The notes beneath the pieces were generated by a model. That model had not been told where the DNA came from. It ran no database searches and saw only the letters and a list, made by a program, of their open reading frames with translations. DNA of 64,000 nucleotides from Vicugna vicugna. Its lineage: Eukaryota. The DNA is taken from contig MU058781.1 in NCBI GenBank assembly GCA_013265495.1, positions 2,520,158 through 2,584,157 on the forward strand. The letters are read 5' to 3'. The translations under genes and the position numbers were made by a program. Of the stretch, positions 28,101-40,899 are shown one piece after another. The number at the start of each line of letters is the position of its first letter. Within the stretch, counting starts at the first letter, position 1.

Positions 28101-30508
28101 TTTACAGTCCAGCAGTGAGTTTTGAAATCAGTGTATTTGGGCAAGGCAGCATTTTTCATGTTTAATAGGAAAGGATAGAAATTAGAGTGTAGGTAATTTG
28201 GTTTCTGCATTATGTATACACATAATATATATACACACACATGTAATTGGTTGGAATGTAAAAATATGTTTCTTACTCTGAGTCATAGTGAAAAAAATGA
28301 TAAATTTTGCCTTTAAATGTTAATAAATTGCCTTGTCTGAACCAATTAAGAGCATGTATTAAGTGAGTACTTTCTCTGTAGTTGTGGAGAGTATCTTTAA
28401 AACATCGTATTTTACCAGGAGAAACATTGAACAAAGGTTAAATATAAACAAGACTTTTTATAAAAATTGAGGGGAAAGCTTATGATGGCTGTTACAACGC
28501 TTTTACTGACGATTGTATTTACCTATTGAACTGGAGCTGCAGGTAAAAGCATTTAAGTAAATGCTTGTACCTAACACAGTAGATGTCCTAAATCTACTGA
28601 TTTAACACAAATGTAAATCAAGGTCGTTTTTGTGAGAATTTGTTGTTAAAGTACAAATAGAAGGTGGCCAAACCTCAATATACTAGACAGAACCTGTTCT
28701 TTAAGTGCGTATTAATACAGTCGAGCGTTTGCTGCCTTGAGCCACAGTTGATTCTATTAATAAGAAGTTATTTTATTGTATAATGCCAAATTGTGTGTGC
28801 ATAAACCCTTAAACACAGTCATTACTGCTGTGAATATATATCTAATATATCTGTAGTATTAAATGTGGTTCTTAAGTTTGGAGAAACTGCTGGCATAGAA
28901 ATAACAGTGATTTCATTTTTATGTTTCTAAGACTATGTATTTAATACTTGTTTACATTTTGAATGTCTACAATGTACTTTCGTGTATTTTATTTTTTGAG
29001 ACAGTGGGCCTTGTGTTTTGTTACTTATGTTAATATAAATTTCATCCATACATTTGAAATTTTCCCTTTGAGGTAAAAGTCCTGCTAAATGCAGTGTTCG
29101 CTTTCTGCATTTAAGAAGGGTTATTGTTTTTATCAGTCCTGTTTCCAGTTTCACTTGGCATTTCATAAGAAATAACTTAAGTTTTTGAGAAAAAATTGTG
29201 TTATTTCCAAAGGGTGTCTCTTTTCCTCTCAGATCTTATTCCGGATCTGATCACTAGCAGGAAGCAAGTAGGAAACTGCTGAGGGGAATGCATTTGGCAG
29301 GAAGAAAATCTAGATCTGTTTGCTGTTGCTGGTGCATAATATCTAATATTTTCAGCTGGTTTTCCCACTTTATTCAGATGCCCCCCCTTCGTTTTGACTG
29401 GGCAGGCTGGATGGCTCAATATGCTCAATATGCAGTTGAAAGAAGTTTGATCAGTAAATCAAAGTTTCTTTGGATTTCTGGCTTTTCTGGCAAGGCTGAC
29501 GGGGAAAGAGGCAGATAGACCAGGGTTTGAAGGGCCTACGGTGGGATCTGTGCCTTTTATTTATTTGGGGAGGGTGCTGTTTTGGAGGTTGCATCTTCCG
29601 TGGCCAGTAGCGGTATTTAGCATTGGAGACCATTCTGGGGGCTGCTGGTGTATGCTGGAAGGCATAAATGGTGTATGCTGGAAGTACCAATGTTTCAAAA
29701 GCATTTAAGCTATACTCCAATGGACTATCTAAAATGTTAATATAATTATGGTTACTCTATTCGTTTCAGTATAAAATAGTGTCCTAGGAATTTTGTAACT
29801 TTTACCATTATAATAAGCACTTAGACCACTGCATTAAACTTGGAATTGGTTGCTGTCATAGTCATGAAATATGTATGTCCTTATAAAATTTAAATTGTTG
29901 CCAAAGTAGAATATGTGCTTATTTACAAAATCCAGTTGTGCTCAGAGCTCAGCTGGGAGGACTGTAGGCTCTGGGCCCAGGTGCCTCCGTCTCCCATCCA
30001 CCCCGTGGGCAGCCTTCCCAGCTTTGGGGGTCGCTCTCTCAAAGCCGTATGCACAGGTGGCCGCTCTGCAGCCGCCAGTTTGTACAGGGTCTCTTCCACG
30101 CGGCGTTCTGGGATCCAGGGCTGGTGCAAGTGGTGGGTGTCGGGCTCCTGCTCCTCAGCCCATCTTTTCCTTTATTTTTCCATCTTTTTTTTATTTCTTC
30201 CATGCTTGTCTTAGGTCTTAGGCCATCTATGACCTTTGCTTATTAGACTTGTTCCTAAGCCAGTAGGCATTTGTTGTATCTCTCTAATAAAATCCCTATG
30301 TCTTCATAAACAAAGTATTATTTTCAGGTACTTTTATTAAGCAGCTAAACATTTTTAAACTATGGTTCGGTATTTTAAATGCACTAGTTATTTGCATTAT
30401 GGAAACAATTGTAGGCCTTGTGACTAAGAAATAATTAAAATTACAAATATAATTTTTAAAAGGATTATATCATTACTTTAATAGTTTACACATATTTGTT
30501 CCATAAAT

Positions 30509-30552
30509 AATTCATTCAACAAATATTTATTACTGTGTGTTAGGTACTGTTT
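30509..30552 (-). mobile_element. L2 tail fragment just upstream of the 54-nt exon
   Basis: attcattcaacaaatatttattactgtgtgttaggtactgt. Confidence 0.6.
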
Positions 30553-30629
30553 ATAAGTAGGGTGTTTATTTTACTGTATTCTTATTTGTATATAAAATAT
30601 TGATTTATAATTTTTTTTGTTTTTCTTAG

Positions 30630-30683
30630 ACAAAATTGAAGAAGCACAAAAAGAACTTAATGGGGCAGAAGTGGCAAAAAAAG
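30630..30683 (+). CDS. HIVEP1: HIVEP1 small coding exon (human exon 3 equivalent), 54 nt, phase 1-1, encodes (D)KIEEAQKELNGAEVAKK(E)
   Basis: Preceded by a polypyrimidine tract and ttcttAG (AG 30628-30629), followed by GTaaat (30684). The translation matches the recalled HIVEP1 N-terminus DKIEEAQKELNGAEVSKKE and joins the next exon in frame (G|AA = Glu). Confidence 0.96.
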
Positions 30684-30859
30684 GTAAATTAAAATCAACC
30701 CCAGTATAGATTTTATTCTTGCAGAGATTCCTATATAGACACCCTGTAATTGCAGCCCTGCTAAATCAATCAGTGTAAGCATATCACAGAATTAAAAATC
30801 ACCTTAAACTGATGGATCCCTACAAGTATATGGACTTGGCTTTTTGCAGTGTTTTAACT

Positions 30860-31335
30860 ATACAGCATGCTCTAGAAATGCTAATATGTTGCTGGTGGGA
30901 GTGTAAAAGACTGTTACAGCTCTTCCGAAAGTCCTGTTCATGAGACTTTCCGGTAGCAATAAAGGAACCAGTGCAATGGATGCTGATGGCTGTATTCACA
31001 CATGTGTGTGCACAGGTGTGTTCATGCAGTGCAGTACTTTTCTTGAAATGACAAAAACCTAGGACAACTAAAATAACCCAAATGCTAGTCAGTGCAGGGA
31101 CAGTTGAATAAGTTGTAGTACATTCACATCTCAGGATGTTAAGCAGCTTTTTAAAAATGTTAATTATTTCAATTGACTATGATGATTTGTTGCTAAATGA
31201 GGAAAATGAAATTGCAATGTAGAATGTAAAATACACCATTTTTTTCTATCAAAAACGTGCAGGCACACATGTTTATATAGGATTGGACAGAGTTTGAATG
31301 GACTTATACACAAATGTTAACAATGGTGAGAGGAA
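30860..31335 (+). mobile_element. Old L1ME-like 3' fragment
   Basis: tgttgctggtgggagtgtaaaa, aacccaaatgctagtcagtgcagggacagttgaataagttgtagtacattcac, caaatgttaacaatggt. Confidence 0.55.
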
Positions 31336-33589
31336 GGGCAGAGGAAGATTCTTTTATTTATCTGGATTTGTGTTCTTTTATTAGTTACAGTGGGCAAATT
31401 TTGTATAAAAAATAAAAAGTTTAAAAGCAAAAATTATTTTTCTTCATGGAAAGTATACTAATTATTTTCCCAGATAATATGAAAAAAATATATGTAGAAC
31501 TTTGGGAGGGAGTAAGACAGGAAGGGGGACAGAGTTCCAGCACTCTCTGTTAGTGGGTGAAATTGATTAAAAAGATGTAAGATTCTCTTTATGGTGCTTA
31601 GATTTCATGATTTATTATTTCTTTGTCCTCATTATATCTTTGAATTAAACAATGGGATATTTTGGCAGAGTAATTTAGCCACAGAGGATTCCAATTGAAA
31701 GTCTTTTTTTTTTTTTTTTAAATCTAGTCAGGTTCCCATTTAGGAGTCTTTAGTGGAAACAGTTTCTCGCTGTCCATGTTCTCCATCCCTTGGTGCAGCC
31801 TGTGAAGCCTCCAGGGTGGTTTCCAGCTAGTCTGACTAGTGATGCTGTGATGTGCGGCCACCTTAGAGTGTCTTCCTTCTTTTTCCTCTCCCCTCACTCC
31901 CCCTGGCCCTGGACTCTCTGGAAGGCCCTTATCAGATATGACCCTTTCATGACACTCTTGCAGAGAAACAAGTCTAAGAAGAGCAGAGGTCACCACAGCC
32001 ACGCTGTCCCTTAGAAAGGTTGACTCAAGATCGCTTCCCCTTGTTGCCAGAATCATAAAGTATTTGAGACACTCGGGCTATAAGAACCTTATGATTTAAA
32101 CTTCTTTGTCATAGTCAGCCTTTTCCACACCTAGTAATGAGTTAGAGCTGCTTCAGTTAGGAAAATAAATATGTCTTCCTTTTCCCTCTTTCCTACTCCT
32201 GTGGCAAAGAGCTTTAAAAACAATGAACTAAATGCCTGATAGGAAGGAGGAAATGGAACAAAGGTTCTCAAAAAAGAAATTGGATAATGAGGCTGAGAAT
32301 AATCCAGTGGGCTACATTTGGCAGGCTACACTTATTTAAGACCTAGTATGAATACCAAGTGAGCATTGTTCTGTGCAATTCACTGCCTAGAATTACTGCT
32401 TGGCTTTCATTTTTACATACGCATTCTGGGCGAATTAAAAATAAAATAGTTTTCCTCCCAAGTATAATTAAGGAATAATATCAGTTTGTCTTTAACAACG
32501 TGAGATAAAAATCTTTGGGTAATAAAGATCTTGAGATTTCTCAGATCTTTGCTTGCTGAGCTGTCTGTTTTATTAAAGGAGATTCATTTCTTCTTATGAA
32601 GGATATACTTAAAAATTTAGAGTTATTTATCTTCTTTATTGATTAAGATGAGTCAACTAGGTTAGATCAGTTTTTCACTATTTTTCCAACTTGCTTTTGA
32701 TTATTTCCCCTTGAAAGTTTAAATTTTTTCTGCATCTGCCTTTTTTCCCCTACATTGCTCAGTGTTATGAGGCTTTGTCTCCATGGAAGATGCTGTGGTC
32801 CTTAACCTACTTGAGGTTCTTTCTCCCCCTCTTCTTTTTTTAACCATTAGGACAAGTAACTAATTTATCTTCAGAAGCATTTAGCTTAACGATGGGCTCA
32901 TAAGAAAAACAAACCTTGCTTATTGGTAGCTTAGAAAAGGTATCTTTCCTGTTTTCTGACATTTTAAGGAAGGATTCATCTGTTCAGTGTAATATGGTGA
33001 CAGAGAAACTGACTTTGCTCATTATACACCAACAGAATAAAGAAGTGCACCAAATTATGTTGTATTTCTTTTATCCTTTCTCTCTACTTATAAGTGAAAA
33101 TCGGATGAGTTGAAATTGATTTATTTTGGTTTTTATCAATTTAGGGATAAATATAGCATGCATCATTCATACAGTTCTCTATTATGTCCCTGTTTTCTCC
33201 CTTACAGTGCTACTTACTTCTTAACATCCATTATGTTTGACACTATTTCTAAAATTATTGCAAGAGATTTGAATAAAATAAATAGTGACTGTCACAGATA
33301 TAGTGATGGAATGTATATAAAGTAAACTGGGAAAAATAAATAGGTTAGGAGAGCGTTTTATGTGCTGTCTCATGAATAAGCTTTAATTTTTAATGCTTTG
33401 TTTTACATTTTTATCACAGTACTTGACACATAAATTTATGTATGTAAATATAACTAATATATATTATTATATACATATGCAATATTACATATTATAACCT
33501 ATATTTAATATATAATGTGCATATTAATATGTGTAATTTATATTATTATAAAGCATAAGAATAGCATGATAATCTTTGATTCTATTTTT

Positions 33590-35035
33590 TTGCTCATCCT
33601 TTCAAATTTTAGAATCAACTTAAAAAAAATACTTGTTGAAACTTTGGGATTGCATTGAATTTAAGCAAACTGACAGCTGTCACAATTTTCAGGCTTCCTA
33701 TCCATAAGGATAGTATATTTTTGATACTTGTGTTTTTTGTTCAGTGTCCTTTAATTTTTTTTACATATGAATCTTGTACTTACTGGATTTCTCTCTTGGA
33801 ACTTTATTTGGGTTTATTACGTTATTTATTTAACTGATTTCATTTTTTTTTCTGTGAAATTGTTTTCTAGCTCTTGTTGGCAAATAGAAATGCAATGTAT
33901 TTTTGTATATTCATCTTATATCCAGCCACCAGGCTGAACTCATTCATTCTGAAAATATGTCTGCAGATGCTTTAGAATTTCTTGTAAACAGTCTTATCAG
34001 CTGGGAGTAATGAAAGTTTTCTTTCTTCCCTTTTAAATCATTGTTCCTTGTCTTTGTTTTCTTGTTTTCCACAGTTGGCTCCAGTAAAAAATCAGCAGAA
34101 TGATAGTGTAGCATCCTTGGTTTGTTCTTAATTTTAGAGGGAATGCTTCTGATATTTCACTATTAAAATGTTTAAATATTTCATGAAGAATTAGGTATTC
34201 CTGTTCAAGAGATATTGGTCTATGATTTTGCTTTCTTATTATTTTCCTTCCCTGGTTTGTTTTAAGGTTTTATAGCTCCATAGAATGATCTGAAGACTGT
34301 GCCCTCCTGCTTCCCATGGAGTTATCTGATATTGGAATGATAGCTTTAAGGGCAAGTCTTAGAATATATTTTGATTTTGGAGAGGGGTTAAGGGTAGATT
34401 TTTAAGTACCAAGTCGATATATTTAATAATATGAGACTTCTCGAGCTTTCTTTTTTCTCTTCAATCAGGTATTTTTCTTATTTATCCATTTTATTAAGTA
34501 TTCACATTTATTGGCAGAAAATCATTCATGGTGTTCCCTTACTCTCTCATTGCTGCTAGATCTATAATTGTATCTCCATTTTCTCATTAATATCATTTAT
34601 TTGTACCTCTTCTCTCTGTCCTGATTAAATCAGTCTTGCCAAAGGTTTTTCTGTTTCACTCCCCTTTTATTGTACTAGTTTCTGGTTTTCTTGATAGCCT
34701 CTTGTATCATACTTTTCAGTTTCATTACATTTTGCTCTTTATTATCTTCTCCTCTTCCTTTCTTTGGGTTTATTCTGTTACCAAATTTCCTAGGTTGCAA
34801 ACTGGGCTTATTCATTTTTAAGTCTATTCTTTTCTATTGGAATCACTTAAAGCTATTAATTTCCTTCTAAACATTGCTTTAGCTATATTAAACATGATTT
34901 AATATTTGCTACTTTTATTAATTTCCTGCTGGTTTCTTCTCTGATGCTCTTGATACAATTTTTCCCCCATGGGGATGGCTGAGGATTTTGTTTATCTTTT
35001 TGTTAGTAATTTCTAACTTAATTGCATTGTTACAT
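33590..35035 (-). mobile_element. Old L1M ORF2 fragment (antisense)
   Basis: ttgggattgcattgaattta, atagaaatgcaatgtatttttgtatattcatcttatatccagc, gcatccttggtttgttcttaattttagagggaatgcttct, aattttccttctaaacattgctttagct-like segments. Confidence 0.7.
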
Positions 35036-35184
35036 TAATTGGTTTTTAAAAGCAGTTTGTATTTTTAAACTAATTTGCTTTCTGTTTCTGAATACAGGAT
35101 AAACAAAAGTTTCTGGGAATGTTCTATAAAAACGCTCCTAGATTTTATGTTAGGAATATAGAATTCAGCATTTTACAGATAAAT

Positions 35185-35300
35185 TCACCATTTTACAAAG
35201 ATGAAGAAGCTGGAGTTGAAAGATGTTAAATAACCTTACCCCAGGGACTGCAGCCAGAAAGTGGCATGTGGAATTTTCAAGGCCATGTTATTCTAATATT
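35185..35300 (-). mobile_element. MIR SINE fragment
   Basis: ccattttacaaagatgaagaagctggagttgaaagatgttaaataaccttaccccagg. Confidence 0.65.
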
Positions 35301-38300
35301 ACTTTGCATCATAGCTGGTTGAGAGCTGTACTCGAGTTGAACCTGTAATAAGGTTAGTCCTGTTCTAAATTAACCCTTTGAAGAGATTACCTTTGAGAAG
35401 AATATTGTGATTTAGGAAAAAATAGGAGGGGCAATGGGTATACAAAAAGGTGGAGATTTTAGGTCATGTTGCATTGGGATTTTTCATATTATTCTGTCTC
35501 AAACAGCAAAATCCCAAGATCACCACCATAATACCTGTAGTTTCCCCGTCGGTAGCCATCGCTCTGATGTTACATATTCTAGTCACAAAGTTTTTATTTA
35601 AAAGATAATTTGTTAATCATCCCTTTTACCACATATACAAGAGTAATGGGTTGTAAGCATGTAAGTAGTTTATATGGCTTAAGAAATACAGTAAGGAGTC
35701 TGTCCTGCTGGAATGACTCAGTGATACTCAGACTTGCTCCAAGGAGTCACCTGACAGCTAGGATTTTTGTTAACACAGGCATGATTTACGTTCTGGTTAC
35801 CGTCTTACTATCTGGGGAAGCTTCAGGGAAGTTAGGTTCCTTTGTAAAACTAGACTGAGTAATTCAGAAGTGAGAGTGACAGACTGATGAGCAGAAAACT
35901 AGATTGTGAATTCTAATTGGAGGGTAAATAAGAAAGCTAGGACTGGCTCACCTACTTTCCTAAATGTTTTTTTTTAAGCTCCTTATAATATGACTAAGTT
36001 GGCAATCAGTGAAAAATACTCCCTTTTTTTTTCTTTTTTAAATACCACATGTGGTATTGGAAAAAAGAAATGAAGGCTGCTTTAGAATAGTATTTTATGT
36101 GTGTAAGGTTATCCTTTAATGCCCGTGACATTCTCTTCCTTACGAATTTTGCTAGGTGTACCTAAGAAAATGCAAGAGCATGTTCTTTTAATTAGTGGTG
36201 TTGAAGTACTGCCTAAGGAAGACTAAAATTTGGGTGGCATAATGGAAAAGTCGGACTGATTTTTATTCAATTAAGATGAATAATGTTAATATAATAGAAG
36301 ATAAGATAAAAATGTTTTAGAACAGTCTGGGAGAAAGTATGTGCAGTAAAACAGAACTTGGTTGGCTTAGTTAAAATGTTATAAACTTAGAAAGGCATTA
36401 ACAATTATAAAATGAAAGCTCGCAGTGATACAGCCAATGGAAAGGCTAGGGTAATATGTTAGTGAGATGTCCGAAGTGTAGAATATTTTAAAGGCATACA
36501 GCTTTATTATTTCAGTATTACAGTAATGCTAACTAGTTAAGTACATATTTTTGACAAGTTGTGGTCCTTGGGTTTATAAATTATTGGGAAATAAATAAGC
36601 ATTAATGGGTGTTTATTTTAAAGAAAAATGTTTATAAGTTCTGCTTTCTTAATATTATAGGCATAAAAAATTCATACTTCTTTTCTTGTAAAGTTACTAG
36701 TTCATTCTTTTATTCAGTCATTTTTTATTGTGCATCAGCCATTCTTTTTAGCCCTGGGAAACAGATAGGAAGGGAAAAGTCTGTACCCTAAAGGAACCTG
36801 AAAGCTGTAACTCGGCTCTCACCAAATTATCATAAAATCTGAATTGGTAGAATCAAAATTCATGAGGTTTTCTGTAGACTGGCAGCAGTGCTTAATAAAT
36901 TTCCCTTGGGAGAACAGCAACAGATTTTCTGTTTTTAAGAAAAGAAAGTCATCTGTTTTCTCTCTTAATATTATGTTGCTTGGAATTTCAAATTTAAACA
37001 TTCAGGTCTCCTGAAATGTTCTTGTATTGTAATAGACAATGCTAATGGCTCAAATTACAGGAAAATTGGTATTATTTTAATTGTGCCATGTGTGTGAGTT
37101 AAAGGTATCATGTGTCAATCCTGTCAATATTTTGAGCTTTAAAAATACCAAATCCCAAGAGATCACTGCCTTTCAGCTAGATTGTACCAGCTTTATAGAA
37201 GATGATTTGCGTAATGATAAACAAAGCATTTTTTAGTACAGTAAGTGTCTTTAAATATTCTGTTCACGGTGTGTATATGCAAAAACTGCTTTCTGCAAAA
37301 TATGAGAGGCAAAAACTCTCAATTTATTTCCTAACAGTTTTACTGATTGCTTTCTATTGAGTAATCATTTATTAAATTAGAGGCTAAAATAACTAACATG
37401 AGTTTACTTATAGGATTCAAAGAAAGGCTTGCATTCTTTTACACTTTTATAGCCTATTCCACTGAATTCGGAATGCTGTTGATTGTAAGATGCACAATGA
37501 TTTCACGCACCATTTACGAAAGGAAAAAGTCACCACCAGTTAAGTTATGACACACTCCTCTTAGACTTGATTGGAAGATGCAGTGGGATTTCAGGGAGAT
37601 TAAAATGTTGGAAATACATTTGTTTAAGATTCTGTAAAGTCTGTATTTCTGTCCACTGCTTCATTTTTTGGCAAGAGAGAAGTAGTTCAGATAATATGTG
37701 GATTTGAGCTTCTTTGAGATCAGCATCCCTGAGGACTGTGGAAAACAAAGGAGTGAGTGGCTCTCATTCTGTTGGTTCACTTGGGGATTCATGGAGGAAG
37801 GATAAGGGAAAAAAAAAAAACCCAGATTATGTTTAATTTACTATCTTCGCTTCTTAGATAATTGACCGCATGCTTGTGCCTCCGTGTTGTTCTCCGTGTG
37901 AATGATGGTGCGGGTGACTGAGAAGGGCGTTGCGTGCTGCTGGTGCTTACTTAGGCTTCCCCGCGGCTTGGCCGCCGTGATCTATGTGTGAGGCAAGAGA
38001 AAGGAGGAAAAGGGAGGCCAGCTCAGACATTTGCTGCCTGCCTAGAGACTAGTTCTTTTCCTCATGTTTACTCAGGCCAGAGAGGGCGGTGCACATGTCA
38101 CATCAAAGTGAGGGATATAAATCTGGGGAAGAATAGAAAACAGAAGTGAGGGGAAGCAGAATCAAGTGAAGACAGGTAAGCCACTGCATGAAATTCTAGA
38201 AAATAAAGTTTAAAAAATTAAAAAGAAAACCGTTACTGGAACAGCCAAGTACCATTTCACGAAGATGGGACATTCTTTTGCCACTGTTTCACTGTTCCGA

Positions 38301-39689
38301 TTGTGTTTTGTTGGGCTCTGCTGCGTATAAGAGTATCAAATTTTAAAGGGTGATAAACTAGAATTTTGCCCTACCCACCAAACACAGGGGATAACATTAA
38401 CTATTTTATTCAAGAAAAGATTTAGAAGCAACAAATGAGATTCTGTGGATGAGTGAGAAGAGGCAGGAAGAGGACTGAAGAAAATTTAAATGAGAACAAA
38501 TGTATATAGTAGCATGTTACACACAGTTGGATGTTTTGTTAGGGAAGAAGTGGATTTGACATTGTACTGGGAGTGTAGCTCTGCACCGGAGCCAGGAATA
38601 GAGATATCTCTACGCGTGTTAATTTTTGGAAGCCCACCACCTAACATGCAGTTAGCCATTTAGTAACTGCTAACAGAACCCTGTAATGGCTTCCTGTGTC
38701 TCTTAGCATGAAGACAAAAAAAGCTCCCGGCCTGTGAGATCCATCTCAGTCACCTCTTCCCTCACCCCTGCCACACAGGTGTCCTCATAAACGCTCAAGT
38801 TCACTTCTGCCCAGTGTCATGTCCCAGCAGCTCCTGTGGTTCCTGGTGCATGAGTAGGCATTTGGCAAATATTTATTAATAAATGAAGATGGATGGGTGG
38901 GTGGGTGGATGGGGCAGAGGTGGTAAGGATGAATTCCTTTACACAGCAGATGAGTTCTAAACGACATACTGTTACTTTCTTCTGTTTCTGATGTGTGTTT
39001 AAATAGATATGTTTTAATTTTCCTGCTGTAACCTACATTGCATCTCTGAAGTAAATATATCTGCAGTGATTTATACAAATAATTTATGTATAACAAAAAT
39101 AAAAGCTTAATTCTTTACCCTTTAATAGATAAACTACAAATGAATGACTACATTAATGCACATTACTACAAATGAATCTTTCTTTCGGTTTTATCCGAAC
39201 ACTAAGACTACTCTTGGGGTAGTCTGTAATATAGTAACATTTAGTTACCTGGTGGGAAAAGTTGTGATGTTCTAAAGAATTGAAGATCTTTCTTAGGAAA
39301 ATCACCAAGATTTTTGGAATCTTTCTCATGAAAGTGAAGCAAAAGGACATAAATTTGAATGACCTCAAATAAGGGAAATATGATTGTTATTTTGTAAACT
39401 TACTGTTTGATCAAAGTCTGAATCAGTTTTCTAATCTTTTTAATACATAGAACATATTAGAATAATGTTCTTTTATAAACTTATAAGACATCAAATAAAA
39501 TGTGTATTTATGATTTTTTAATTAGAAGAGTTAAAAATTTAGTTTCACTGAAGCTAAAATATAAGTGTTTATCTGTGTTATTCAGTATTCAGTTTGGTGT
39601 TACAGGAAAGAAATGCTGAAATACTGGCTTACCTATTTTGTTCTACTGTCACAATTCCACTGATGATGATGATACAATGATAATAATTA

Positions 39690-39890
39690 TAACATCATCA
39701 ACAGTAGCAATATTAATGAGCTAAAATTGAAGTTTTGGACACCACATCGTGCTTTCTACACGCATTGTCTCAAATAATCCTCACAGCCCCATGAGTTACC
39801 GTTACGTGCATTTTACCAATAATGAAGAACAGGAACAGACCTAGGTGGTCAAGCCAGGTCTGAAACCCAGGCTTTCCTCTGCCCGGAGGC
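39690..39890 (-). mobile_element. MIR SINE fragment
   Basis: taatcctcacagccccatgag, cattttaccaataatgaagaac, aagccaggtctgaaacccagg. Confidence 0.6.
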
Positions 39891-40899
39891 CACCAGAGAA
39901 CATATTTAAGTAATGATGATCTGGAGAAAGAGCAAGCAGAAGTGGTAACTGGGACGAGAGTAGGAGGGGTCTAGGGTGATTTCTGGCTGTGACAGCTGCA
40001 TGAATGGCTGTGCCGTGCACTGAGATTGGCCTGTAATGTTTTGATGTGTCGGAACTTAATTGATTGTGTTGGGTGGTTTTCCTTATATTTCGTATGAAAT
40101 GTTACTATAAGTTACTTGACAGTTGAGTGTTTGTCGGGGAAGAAAAGCATATATAGGTCTTGAACAAATGTATTTTTATTTTCTTCTGTAATTAGAGTCC
40201 TGTTCAAGTTTGTGCCTTCTTGAGTAAATGTATTTATAATTTCTTATATTCTAAATGTTATTTAAGTATCTAAATATATTAAGATAGAGTATGACCTCAT
40301 AATTTTAAGTAGCTTTCTGTTTTTAATATCCTACCCTTTTTCAGTTCTGAGAACATTTATTTGATTTTTTCTTTAATTAAAAATTTCAAACTTAATTGTT
40401 ACTTATCTACTTAAACATTTTTTCAGTTTGATTTATTTGACTTCATTTTTCCTATATTTCTACAGTCAAAATTATTTCTATGAAATTATTATTGACTGCT
40501 TAGCAAGTTTTCTTTTGTATGTAAAAAAGTTCTGTGGTATTTATTTGCCTTTGAATGCTTAATTACACAAATATTTGAGTCCCTTTTTTGTCTATATCAG
40601 CTAGATTTCGATCTATATTATTTTAAATTATTGTTAACTAAGCAGTTATTTGTTGGGTTCTTAATTTGCTAATCGACCTGCTTTGAGGTTGAGTATTTCA
40701 TTACACATTTATTTGTGTGTGAATAGTACCTGTGCACAATGAATTTAAAAATACAGAACTTCAGGGGATAGGTAGAGATTTGCCATCTCTGTACTCCAAA
40801 TCCATAGTGTTTTCATTTTTTCTGAAACTTTATGAAATTTTTATTGTAACAAAGATGTTGTAAGGTATACAATTTAGTGTGTTTTTATTCTTCTACATT

